From positions 1 to 64,000 of the forward strand of contig JAQGDQ010000588.1 in the NCBI GenBank assembly GCA_030141605.1: a DNA stretch of 64,000 bases, in the 5' to 3' direction. The stretch's first letter is position 1, and each line of letters opens with the position of its first letter. The notes beneath the pieces are model-generated. The model had not been told where the DNA came from, made no database searches, and saw only the letters and a list, made by a program, of their open reading frames with translations. Below are positions 13,540 through 26,501 of this stretch, one piece after another. The position numbers and the translations under genes are program-made. The DNA is from Tubiluchus corallicola (lineage: Eukaryota > Animalia > Priapulida).

Positions 13540-15021
13540 TTGAGTAAATCATTGTATTAAATTTATTGTCAGGCTTCAATACGTTAAATGTTGGTGAAGT
13601 TAGCTGAACAGCTAGGTATATAAAGTATATAACTTCTCAAATATTCACAAGTATTCAGTAATATGTGAGCAGTTACTGTACTTTACATAAATATTCACAT
13701 AATTACAAACAACTGCTAACTTTATAGCGGCGCGTTAGTCACTGGAAAATATGAACCTGAAAAACATGGAAAATATAATGTATAGAATATTATTAAAAAT
13801 ATTAGAATGTTATAAAAACATTTTAATATTTGACACTAATGTGACATCAAATAAATTCAAGTTTCAAAAAACATCATAATTTTAATTGTTGTTTCTCTGT
13901 TTTCAATTTAATATATTCATTGAAATTTGAAAGCTAATGAGTCGATTATTAAGTCACTGACGTTGGAAAGTATTTTAAAAATAAAAGACGGTAATAAAGG
14001 TGTGAACTACAATTATCGAAATTATTGCCAATTTACGATGGTTTTTTACGTTACAATTTTTTTCGTTTTAACAGATTTTTATATTACTTGTCTTGTGGCT
14101 TATTGCCAGGTTATTGATGTATTTTAAATTGCATTTTATCGTTTATCACTCACGTGTTTGGTTTAGTTACTTTTTATTAGATTATTTATCTCGATTTTCT
14201 TAGATGTTTCTTTTGTGTTTTTACTATTAAATGTGACTGTCTTAGTTTTAAGATGTGGGCACAGAACCTTTTTGTAAAGAACCTATTTTATAGATTAAAA
14301 AGTCTTCTGTATAAACATTTTCCTGGAATAAATAAGAATAAAAATGGACTTCTTTTTTTCATTTCAGTCACTCCTTTCGGTCTATAATGCTAATCATAGT
14401 ATTTAAAGTTGAACAGAATGAGTGCTCTTTGTTGTTTATATAATATCAAAACAAGCTTGACGGAAAGCGTTTCTAAACAAGCTACTTTATAAGCCTTAAA
14501 TGCTTACCTAAACATTTTGTTTGTGCACTAAAATATTTTCCACAGAATGAGAGGAAAATCTCATTGAGTCGCGAAGATTGACTAATCACTTTGGTAATTC
14601 GCCGCCTTTGATCTGTTCCTGCTCGCCTTCCTTAGAGCTTGTGGTTGGCTAATTTAACGCATGCGCAACTGTAAAAGGCAGTATTTTCGTACTGGGCAGA
14701 GCTTCTTGCAAAATTATGCTTCTCAGGAAATGTGTTGTTGCGGAATGGTAACGGAGTGACAAGCATGTCATAATTTTTTAATCGCTTTTATTCTATATTT
14801 TTGCTGCTAGCGATTAATATTATCATAACTATGTGTGGCATTAGCAAACAATAACAACGCAAACTACTTGTACTATTTTTGTCTAACAACAAACTGTATT
14901 AGTGCTCAAAAGGAGCGTTGTCATATTCGAAGTCATATATTATATTATTAAGTACTCAGTATAATTCATAAACTCTGATAGTGATAAATTATTGTGCCGT
15001 GATACTACATCAGTCGCATAT

Positions 15022-18000
15022 ATGTATACGCAAGATCCTAAAATGCAAAGTCAAATTGTGATTCCGTTTAATTATTCCTACGCAGCTGCACTCAGCGTAA
15101 ACGTAGCTGTACCTTCACCAGGGAATATAACAAACTATCGCGTCTCCGGCCGTCCTGAGCAACCCAGGCCACATATTGTCCATGTTCCGTCACACACACC
15201 AGTACAATCACCACTGTCCCCGCCGGCGACAGCAACCAGTTTTCCGGGCATGCCTCCAGAAGAGAGTACTTCGCCGACGAGTTTAAAGTCGTTTTCAATT
15301 GAAGCCATTTTAGGACTAAAGCAAACTACATCTCACTTGCAATGTGCCGCCGGTTCTAGGTATTACCCCTATCGCATACCTGGATTTCATCATAAACTAG
15401 CAGCTTATTACTCCAATCAAAACCGTTTTGCTGGGACACTTGATAGCACATTGGCGTTACCAAGCGAACATGTTAACTCTGAACAACAAAAACTGCAGGT
15501 AAAAAACAGACAGAACGCCAAACGACACCAAGAACAAACAGAAGCGATAGGCTACGTGCAAAAGCAGCATCAATTTAACCCAGAATGTTTAGAATCAAGA
15601 ACAAAAGGTACGTGCTATAATACACAAAACTTGTTCGAGATTGAAGCGAGGTATAACTTATAACTATGATTCTAAACATTTCATTTTATTTCACCTACTT
15701 GTGATTTTCTATTAATATTCTGATAACAATGTTTTTGAAGCTCTTTTTAAAATAGTAAGTAAATATTTGAATTATATTTCTTGCCTGATTCGACCAGGAA
15801 TAAAAAACATGTGAACTGACGGCGGCGACGACGAGACGTCTGTGGCGGTAGCACTTAACAAGCTATACATGTGTGATATATGACAAATTTTCCAAATTTC
15901 CTTTCTGATATAGAAGAAAAAGAAAACAGAAAACAATTGGCTTATTAACATATTCGTTTTTTTCTTCGGTTTAGGTGATTTTAAATTTCACTAATGAAAA
16001 GCACCTCATAAGATGCATAAATGTAAATTTTTTTTATGAAAATAAAGTATCGCGTATTTGCCAATACATCAATATATGATCAAACCCAAATAACTTTTTG
16101 TCGAAACTTGTACTTTTTTGTACAATAGTTAATATATAAAGTAGTAGAGTAAAATAACACTGAAAAGAACTAAACAATATTTTTGGTCATACAGTTTCTG
16201 TAGTTGAAATTAAATTTTAGTTATTGAGAGTTGAACAGTCACTAAATAATCATCATAGGCGTACGGGAGGAAGTTTCACAAGGTGGTGGTGGGGGGTGCA
16301 TAAGGAATTTGCCCTGAAAGTTTTCTAAGTTGCCGTAGTTTGAGTGATTTCCAAATAAGTGAAAATAATGAGCCACATAATTATGTAGGTATAGAATGAC
16401 ACATGTGTCTAAAAAACAAAATATTTACTGGTCTATATGTTTATGCTAATTTGTATTTTTTACGTATTTTTGTTCATTATAATATACACAGAGTGAAAGC
16501 AAATGACAGCTTTGCTAGAAAAGTAATCACAAGTAAATATAAACACACGTTTTAACATTTTAATCAATATGATTATATTCTTTGCGTTTTTAAAGTTTTT
16601 TCTTTCATTGTTGTCAGAAATCGAAATTAAAATTAACAAATTAACGAGGGGTGAAAAAGAAATGAGTTAAGACACCATTCTCATATTGAAAAACCAAAAT
16701 GGATCGTACCCCTGTTCATTTCTGAGTACCCCACATTCATGAGTATTTGTTTAAAAATGTATAAACTAAACTTGTGAACTAGTGAGATAAATTTGATAGC
16801 ATGCACTATTATTAACTTTAAAATTATTAAAAGCTAAAAATAATTCGTAGTACAATAAACTCTTTATTTGCTGCCACTAAAAAGAGTTGATGCACTACGT
16901 AAACAGTTTTTGAATGTTGAAATCTTACATTTTGAAATTTTAAAACAGAATTATATGCCCTGAAAATGTACAATTCATTTGTCTTGGGAGGGCAAACGCC
17001 TCCCCCCTCCCCCGACCACCACCTTGTACGCCTACGATAATAATTAAAGTATTATTAACAAAGTTGAAGGTTTTAATTCTCAAACGTATTTCGATTAGTT
17101 AAAACAGTAGTGTCAGCAATTCAGTATATATTTAAATTTCAAGTCTATATATTTGCAATATATTTTTATAATGCTGTTTTATCACCAAAAATACTAGTAA
17201 GTAACTCACAGTGATGCAGCTTTTAGACTTTTATGTTGCGATAAATAAAATAGGGATTATATTAATCCCTACGTATTGGAGACAAGTGAAGCTCTTATTG
17301 TTTGTTTCTATTCAACATTTGCTGGTATTTATATATAATGTGTATATACTCGTGATAAGCTTTTTTTGTTTTTCTGTGACGGCTTTGTAAAAACTTGATA
17401 CAGTGTAGGAGGTTTTTAAGTTACGTAGAGTAACCGGCGAGGTGAGTTGAAGAGCTGAGTCCAGAGATTCGATGCTATTTTTTTCTAAATGAATTATGTC
17501 ACAGACGCTTTTCCTGCCCTAGACGTCACTTAAAGACTCTTCCTGTCTCCCATTTAATTGTTTCCCTGGTTGCATATTTGCCAGAGCTGAAACGAAAGAC
17601 CCAAGTTTCTAATCGTCTTCTCTGTAATCATTAAAATTTTCTGCATCTGGAATTCAGTTAAAGTTTTCCCATTTCTACAATAATTCAATACCACTTCAAA
17701 TCTGTTACTAGAACAGAGGCGGAATGGTGAAAGTTTGTCTAACGTGAAGGCCGTCTTTCAGTGATTCTGCTGATACGTATTCAGTAAAAGCATTAAACAT
17801 TAAGCTACTTTAGTTTGCGTTTAAAATTAATTTTACGTTTTTATAAATTTATATTCTGACAGCGAAGAAGTTTGCGTTAGTCAAGTTAATGTTTTCCACT
17901 TTTAGCTATTGTTAATGAGTTCGCTTCATAAATTTACCCAGATTAAATGCAAATCCGCCAAAATCCAACCTGCTACTGTTTAGCATTTGTTGAACTCGAT

Positions 18001-20542
18001 AAAGTTACAATTTTTCACACTAACTAGTGTGGTTGATTAAAGACACGTGAAACATTAGGTTTAACTGTAATAAAAGAAGCCTGTTGCGTTGATGCGCTGC
18101 TAAACGGTCTTCATAATTGCAATTACAGTATCGCCATAAATTTACTGTAAGTACCTATTTTCTGTGAAATGTATAAGAATGGCTTAACTGTAGAATTTCA
18201 GCGTAATTATATAATAAAAAAGAACTAAAATTGCAAGCGTTATTTTGCTGTATAATTTTACTTAGTTGGGTAAGTTGATCGAAAATAATGACTAAACTGT
18301 GATTTGTCCCTAATAATACTGTGCAGTAAATTTTGTATACAACTATATTTTTACGAAGTTGTAACATACGCGCCATTAGAAGTCATTATTCTCTTTTTTC
18401 CCGCAAGCCGTGTAAGACCAATTAGTAAAAATAATGCTCATTCAGAGTATTCCATACAATGTTAAATTATAAACATATAATAATGTTTATATAAAAAATA
18501 AGTAAGTCTTATTATTAACTTTACCGGTATGCCTTATAGGAAGGGTTTTTTGCAATTATCTAGCTATTTTTAATTAGTTATTTAGCTCTAGATAAATACT
18601 AACTAGTATCCTTAAAAGCATTTTCCTCCAAGTCGGAACCATATGCAATGCCAGTCAATATGATTTCTATGTCATAAACTTCTAACTTTTCGAAATATTA
18701 TCAAAATCTAAAGGAAAATGCAATGCGGTGCCACAGTCAGAAAATAAACAGAGCTGACTCAATATAGATCGAAACCATTTGCTTGAATCAATGTAGTGGA
18801 AACTTATCAATATAGTGGAAACGCAGAACAAATCATAACTCTACATCTACCGAAATTATGCATAACTATATCCAGTTCCGTCAATCTATACAGACGTACA
18901 CTAACAAAATTAACATAATGTTAGATAGACCCTGTAAGCGACGATACTTTGTTCTATAATAATACTAATAAAGTTATTTTAATTACAGATAAATTATTGT
19001 CGGACGGAGGCGCTGGGAAATCCGGTAAAGCGAAGCGAATTCGGACGATATTCACGCCGGAGCAGTTGGAGCGATTAGAAGCGGAATTTGAAAGGCAGCA
19101 GTATATGGTGGGAACAGAGAGACTGTACTTGGCTTCTGAACTCCAATTGACAGAAGCACAGGTTTGGCATCTTACGTACTTGTTGCTTTTGTATTTTGCG
19201 TAGGCCGTACATTACCTGTTGTAGAGCAGAGACCTGCGCTCCGATCCATGGATGGATTGAGATTGTCTCGGGTCGGATGATACTTGCAGAATAGTATTTC
19301 ATTTACTTTCGCGATTCATCTTTGCCTTTGTGATGAAAATGAAATAGTTTATTAATACTTTTGTTATTTATTTTTGTTATCTAGATGTTTATTATTGATA
19401 CAGTAGTCATTTTCAACAGAATTAATCAGTCGTATATAGAATGATGAAAGTATACCAGCGCCTATCAATGAAGAGCAAAAAAGCTTTTATTTAGTCTCGA
19501 GTATTAGGTTTCAACCAAGGTTATTCTATGTTATAGGCAGTTAGTGCTGCAATTAAAAATTCTCGTGTTTTATACGTGATTCATGTGTTATTTTATTAGC
19601 TCTGCGTCGAGTTGTTTATTATAAGAATAGAAGTTTGCACCCATTTATGTGCTAGGATAATAATAATTATTGTGAAAAAAGTAATTACCGTATTTTCCCG
19701 TGTATAAGAGACCCTTTTTTGCTCAGAATTTTCACTTTAAAAATAGGGGGTCTCTTACACATGGGAGTAAGTCTTTTCAATAAGATGCATAAATTGTGAC
19801 ACTAATGATTTTAAAGAAATAAGTGCTCTACAACTGTTTTGCGTGTCGCGTTCGACTATGAAGCAGTTGTAAGCAATACAAGCATCGTGACACAGGCATT
19901 ATCTCCTCGTTTTCTCTTTTCCTGTCAGGTACGCACTTTAATATATACCAGTACTCTTTTTCTACAACACATTAACTGGTTTTATTTTGTTTTCAGTACC
20001 GCACTGAGTTGAAAAAAGTTGTACTTTACCCTCTAAAAATGTCCGTCTGAAAAAACTTTTTTCCAGAATTTTTGCCTAAAAATTGAAGGGGTCTCTTATA
20101 CACGGGAAAATACGGTAGTAAAAGCATTAATCAGGTAAAAAGTTAATATCTTTTGTGGAGTTACTAAAACAAGAACTCAAATTTTACAATAGTACTGTGA
20201 AGCTGTGAACCTATTGTTATGCAGACTCAAAAATAAAACATGTGGGATTCGTGTAAAATTAAACAAAACTCATTTCATTGTTTTCATTTTTAAATCTTTT
20301 ACCGTTGCGACCCGCATCAGTTCGTACCTTTAGATTATAAACAGAACCATATAAGTGCATTTAAGAATTTATTTCTCATTAATTTATAGGTAAAAGTTTG
20401 GTTTCAAAATCGAAGAATAAAATGGCGGAAACAGCATTTGGAAATTCAACACGCTAAACTGGCACAGCTGGGCTTGCTTTCAGGACAGCAGGATGAATAC
20501 GAATCTGAATCGGATAGTGAAATTGTTAGCGAACAAGAATAG
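15022..20542 (+). CDS. Not: Not (notochord) class homeobox gene; exons 15022-15607, 18989-19161, 20390-20542
   Basis: Exon 1 has an eh1 motif (SFSIEAILG) and phase-1 donor G|GTACGT. Exon 2 begins after TTACAG in phase 1 and encodes [45 protein letters not shown]. Exon 3 encodes [18 protein letters not shown]...EQE*. All phases are consistent. RQQYMVG.ER and RIKWRKQ are typical of Not homeodomains. The start codon could instead be 15043. Confidence 0.92.
16254..17036. mobile_element. hAT-type MITE in Not intron 1
   Basis: Terminal inverted repeats CATAGGCGTAC / GTACGCCTACG; 8-bp flanks ATAATCAT / ATAATAAT (one mismatch). Confidence 0.7.
19688..20115. mobile_element. Tc1/mariner (pogo/Tigger-like) MITE in Not intron 2
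   Basis: Perfect TIRs CCGTATTTTCCCGTGTATAAGAGACCC / GGGTCTCTTATACACGGGAAAATACGG, flanked by TA on both sides; extra internal subterminal copy near 19746. Confidence 0.9.
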
Positions 20543-23500
20543 AATCTTGAATAGATAGTAACTTGTGGATTTAACAACGTATAGATCACATGTTAACAGT
20601 TAATGGAAACTGGAAACATAAGCATAATACCTACTGCTATGCTAATCTACTAAAATTATGGCTTACAGTATGTCAGTGATCTCGTAACTACAAGCTGTCA
20701 GTTAGTTTTCTGCAAATTGTATATGACATTGTATATGAATGCATTCACGACATAATTTCACTTTTTTCTTCATAAAACCATGCTGCTCGTTCATATAGGT
20801 TTGTTAAGGAACAACAACACATAGTTTTAAAAATTGAAATGCATGCGAAGTGAGCTGTATACTCGCTTTGGATCGTAAAGTTAAATGCGTATTGGATACA
20901 CAGATTAATTTTGGGCTTGCACAAATATAAAATTTACAGTTGGGCAGTGCTGGAGCAATTAATTTGTTATGTTAATTTTAAATTTTACATAATTTGTCTT
21001 ATCATGTTATAAAGCAAAAATATGCTGTGCGTGTTTTCTTTACGTTAAATAGCTAAATTTTTTTCCAAATAATTTGCGTAAAATTTCCTTCCTGAATATG
21101 ATGCCTACTGGAAATAATTCATTTTGTTAAAAACAGTTTGATAGATTTTTATCGATTGCCCACATATTATCCATTATTGTAATGAAAATATATTATTGTT
21201 ATGTGATACAGACACATTGGTGGCATGCAAATGTGTGTATAGGCCCTAATAGCCACATTACAATCAATAGATTATTGTTTTTATTTACCCTGACAGTTGT
21301 ATGTTTTCTGTAAATTTGCTAAACTGTAAATATAATTATATAATTATTATGATATGAATATATTAAGAAATTGATATGAAAAGAGATTAGAAACCTTAAC
21401 ACAAAAACATATAAAATTTCCCGAAAAGAATCTAATTTTGAGGTTGTTCGTTTTATATGTACATTAGTTAATAAAGGTTTAATGAGTATATGACACCAAG
21501 TCGATTTGATAATGAGCTTCTGCGTGTAGTTCATTAATTACAAAAAGTAAGGGCAGAGCTATTTTCTGCAAGTTTATATGTTTCGTTTGAATGATGCTTT
21601 ATTGCAACTGTTTTGCGTCATACCCGTGTTTCTGTTTTTCTTTTTTCTTCTTTTTTGGTATGGTTTGAGGTCATTTGCAATCAACTAAATATGAATACGA
21701 AGTATCAAATATCAAGGTACAGCAAATTTGTGGTTTGGCCTGTCTGCTAAAAGTGTTCTTCACCTGGCTAAAGATATTTTGTCTTGCACGTCACTTAAAG
21801 AGACTGATTTAAGATAAGTATAATCTTATAGGCTAAGTCATTAATAAAAAATTGCGATCTTATAATTGATTTAATAAATCAGAACTTGCTAGCAACATAA
21901 TTCTGCTTGCCCATTTCAAACGCATAAACCTTCATGTCTGAAACTAGTTGTCTCATTAGGGGTTTATTTCATCGCACACCTGAATGTAGTTTACCTCCCT
22001 GTTGCATTTATATATGCATAAGCACGAACTAGTAGCTATAATTTAACAATAGCCTTGTCCTTATACAAAGACATGACTTACATAACAGATGCATTTTATC
22101 TTCTCATCCAAAAACGGGGTGATAGAGTTAAATTAACCCGACATGTGTTTACCTTGCAACGAGCTGTATAGGTAAAGGGTTGAATAATGTCACCTAGGCG
22201 GCGTTTATCAAAGAGGCGTGATTGTCCAACGTGCGTGAGTGTCATACTGTCACCTGCATTATTGCGCAAAATGTATTAGTTTAATAGAGAAATTCCACGT
22301 TGATCAATGCAACTGTCGAGCTCTTGTTGAACGAGCTCATCTGTCAGAAAGAGATGAAACTCTATTCTCCTCAGTTTCTCATTTTGTCTTAATTAATGTC
22401 TGGTAAACGACACGCTATATTTACAGCGCTAGTGTTATAATTACGTATGAGCCTGTTGCATGACATTATTGTAGTCAAATTAAAATTTTGCAAGTTAAGC
22501 AAAATAAATTCCCTTCTATTCCCCTTTCATTTTGTTTACCCACCGTTTCCTTCCTGTTTTTCTCATTGCTTTTAATTTGTTGAACAACACCTTCAGCATG
22601 CGAACATCTTCTTTTCATAACGTTTTAAAAATAATTGAAAAATTAACACATGAACTCTTGCTGCTGTTATTACTGCCCGCCCCGTCTCCTTCCTTCTCTC
22701 GCTCCCCCTCTTCTCTCCTATTCGCGCCTCTTTTCATTTTTTCTCTTTTTCTGTACGTTATCTCTGTGGTATTTTTGTGTGGGAGTAAACGTAACCTTTC
22801 GTCGTTAGCTATCACAGTGACCACTCTTTTTTGATATCATGCAGCAAATTAAGTGTGCACAAAAACTGTAAAAAATTGTTAATGTATTTTTCTACGCTGT
22901 CTTTCTTTCACAAATTACGCACATAAATTTACATTTTTCACGTTTTGGAATCTTAGCAGGTTAATTTTAAAAAAATTGAAAACATAGTATCTGAGATAGT
23001 TTTTAAAATATTTAGAATATATTAAAAAGGTGTTTGTACGTTTTAAGTTTTAACCTTTTTAAAAATAATTTTGTTTTATTACGTAACTACTGCTTTGAAT
23101 AAATCACCGAAAAAAGTTGAAAGAAAGAAAGAACTAAGATTAAGTAAATAAAATAAAAACAAGGCAAGCCTACACCTATATATTAGAAAACAAACGAGCA
23201 AGTAAACAGATACCATTCTTCTTATAAGTCGTTAAGAAGCCGTGGGCAAACTGCTGAGAATCAAATTAATAACGCAGAGACATCAGTAACAAAATGTAAA
23301 AACCATGTTTGTTGTTTTTGCCTCTTTTAGTCAGCAGTTTCCCACGCTAAATTAGACTTGGACGACACAGTGACTAGCAAGGTGTGCACATTATCACCAT
23401 GTACCGGATAATCAACAGGTAAATTGCTGGACAATTAGAAGCGTGAAGCAGTCGACTTGTGCAGTCCAGTCGTGTGTGGATGCCGGGTAGGGTTTTAGAA

Positions 23501-24463
23501 TTACCCGTAAGTGCTTTTACAAAGCATTTATTACCTGATCAAAGAACAAAGTGCCGCTCTTTTAAAGCAGCACTGTTATCCAGCTGCCTTCAATGGCAAA
23601 TGCACTTACATATTTTCCTGCTATAAGCTATATATTACGACATATATTTTCATGAAGCTATAGTATAAGACTGGGCTCTTTACTCACATATTCACAATAA
23701 ATTATTTTACTCTTTTAGTTTGATACATAAACTTTGATGTGAGAAATAAATTAATTCAAAAACTCCACATTTTGAACTAAACTTAAGACTGACAATCTGC
23801 ATATCTCTAGTGCATATCTGACACTGGTGTGCACATTGAAAATGGCAACAGAGAGTGCCGAATTATCAATATCAGTGTTTTTTGGCTTTATTTTATTAAA
23901 CATCTTGACGTATCTTTCTAGTTGTGTTGTTTGTTTTGAAGTAAAAGTTTCCAAAGCATTAATTTAGACTATACTAGAAATGTTGGCGTTGTTGGACATT
24001 TAAGTACAGTGTATAATAGAAATTCAGGGAGAAAAATTTATTGGTTAGATTACTTTTACATGTATATAGTTTGTACAAAGAATTGCGTAATTGCTGTCAT
24101 TAGCACCCCCAGGAATTGAACTTGCGTGAAGGAGCTGGTTTAACGAAAGCTAGCTAAACGCGATTGACATACTCAGTACCAACCCGAGTGTAAAATTAGA
24201 AACATGCCGAAAGTGATTAACTTGCGTTTAACTTACTTCTGTCTACCAACCTCTCTTTCACGCACAAACAAAATTTTTCTAAAAAATAATTCGTTTCACT
24301 CTTGACTTCATCTACGTCAAGTGTTGGCGCGCGTCGTTGAGTTAGTGCGGCGTCTTTGACTAAGGATATTGCTGAAAAGAGCATTGCAGAATGTGCCAAA
24401 AGACTGCGCTTAAAAGAGGTAGTTTAGACATTACCTCTATAACTTTTAATAATTGATCATTTG

Positions 24464-24884
24464 CAGGGTTGGATTACACTGTAGGCTAGTATGTGTTGCA
24501 GCCTAGGGCCCCTCAAGCTTGGGTGGGCATACTTTGCACTGCTGAACAATTCGCATAACTTAAAATAAAATTTCAACTTTAAAAATGAGGTCAGAAGGTC
24601 TGAAAATCGAATTTTAACGTGGCTCCTCATTTGAGATAAAAGATCCCTGTTTGAGGCCTTTATTTCAGGCAAAGGGCCATTGTTTTGGGGCCTTAATTTG
24701 AGATAAGGGCCCGTCTTTGAAGCCCTGTATTTGAAATATGCATTTCCTAGCTATGCAAATGTTGCTAAAGTATATAATAAAAAAAAATTCCAGGCGAGTG
24801 CGAGCAAATTAGAGGGTGGTTCGTCTGTAGGGGCCCCATAATTTCATTAGGCTAGGGGCGCCAGAAGGTGATAATCCGGCCCTG
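24464..24884. mobile_element. hAT-type MITE
   Basis: TIRs CAGGGTTGGATTA / TAATCCGGCCCTG; 8-bp flanks ATCATTTG / ATCAGTTG; internal GGGCCC-rich subterminal repeats. Confidence 0.75.
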
Positions 24885-26426
24885 ATCAGTTGTATTTTAG
24901 TGATATACGATGCGTTTCTACAGTGGCCAAAATCGTGCACATACTGTCAGTGCAGACTTGATTTTTCTTATTTAAATTTTATAGTTACTAATACTGCGTA
25001 GGGTTGCTTTCCAAATTTTAAACCATTATTGCATTTTATGCTCTTGATGATAATAATCTGGAAAGTTTTTTAGCATGCGAAATACTGGTTTTGAGAAACA
25101 AAAAATATTAGGGCAAAGGAGCAAAATTTTTTGTTTCTTGTTTTCCGCTGAAAATGAGGTACCATTTATTGCGTTTTGGAGTTTTTGTGAGATAGTAATT
25201 ATAGCCTAAAGTTACAATTATTACAATCATAGTCATAAATTGTGTTTTTTTTACAAGACAGTAATTTCTTACAACTAATTACGCGTTTTTTGTATTTGCT
25301 GACAGTATAATACCCGTGTATGGTAAAATAATAAAATTCTTAATTCGGCTGGCATTAACTACCAGACAACCTACAAGACAACCAGTCCTCGGTTAGCAGA
25401 CAAAACCTTTTCAAGATTCCGCTTATTGGCCCACTTTCTCATGACAGAAAGAGAGATATGAGATAGGTTACCGAGGGAGGCTTCGCCGTGTTTGTAGAAG
25501 AGACATGCAGGATGAAGAAGTTGAACACGCATTCTTTTATTGCGAGTAAACTGAACACTTTACAGAAGTTTATAATAATCTGGACTTTATCAGTTTATAC
25601 TCATTACAGCATAATCTTTTGCATTTTGTTTAGGAATGTTTTAAAATTTTCAAATGATCACATTTTTGTTTAGCAAGCCTAATTTGCAGTTCTTAAAATT
25701 ATTTGTAACTATTTACTAACTAATGTAAACGGCCTGTCACCTGTCAAAAGATAACCATTACTATTATTGACACGTTTGCACGTTTTTCGTGGTTTAGGCG
25801 TGATTAAAATGTATTCAGGCAAAAATTGTATTTACTAAATACATTGTTTTTATAAATATTTATTATAAGTACAGTTTTTGAAAACACTTTATCGCAAACA
25901 GGATGTTTAACTCTTTTTGCTGTTTTTTTTCAGATAGTCTTTTGCGTAATCTGCTGATTAAAGGATCAAGTGATTAGTAACAGTGAAACTGGGAGTTAGG
26001 CAGTCAGTTAGTCATTACATTAATCAGTCAGTCAGTCAGCTAATCAGTCGGTCAGTCAGTCAGCCAGCCAGCCAGAAGACATTAAAACCTGCCAAATCAA
26101 ATACAAAGCACAGATTAGCAGCTGCAACAAATATATAGTAGACATAATGACTTTTACAAAAGGGATAGTGGCTCAATTCAAGTTTATACATTAAATTTTG
26201 TAGTCAATTAGTCATTCCGTCAGTAGTTAGTATTTGTGAGCCAGCAAGCAAATCACCACTGAGCAATCTATTATTTCTGTTTCACTGTTTGTCTGGCAAT
26301 CTATATCTAGGTACAAATGAGAAATTACTTATTTTCTCATAGTTTAACCTACTTTAGTGTATAACATCTCATGCAATGACTTTTAAAGATTATTATACGT
26401 TACTTAAAAACGCTCTGGATTTACGT

Positions 26427-26434
<8 letters not shown>

Positions 26435-26495
<61 letters not shown>
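26435..26495. repeat. (AT)n microsatellite
   Basis: Pure AT run. Confidence 0.97.

Positions 26496-26501
<6 letters not shown>

Noticed and set aside
13342-13579. ORFs of YIHT/MYVC repeats
   Set aside because: Translations of a (TACA)n microsatellite.
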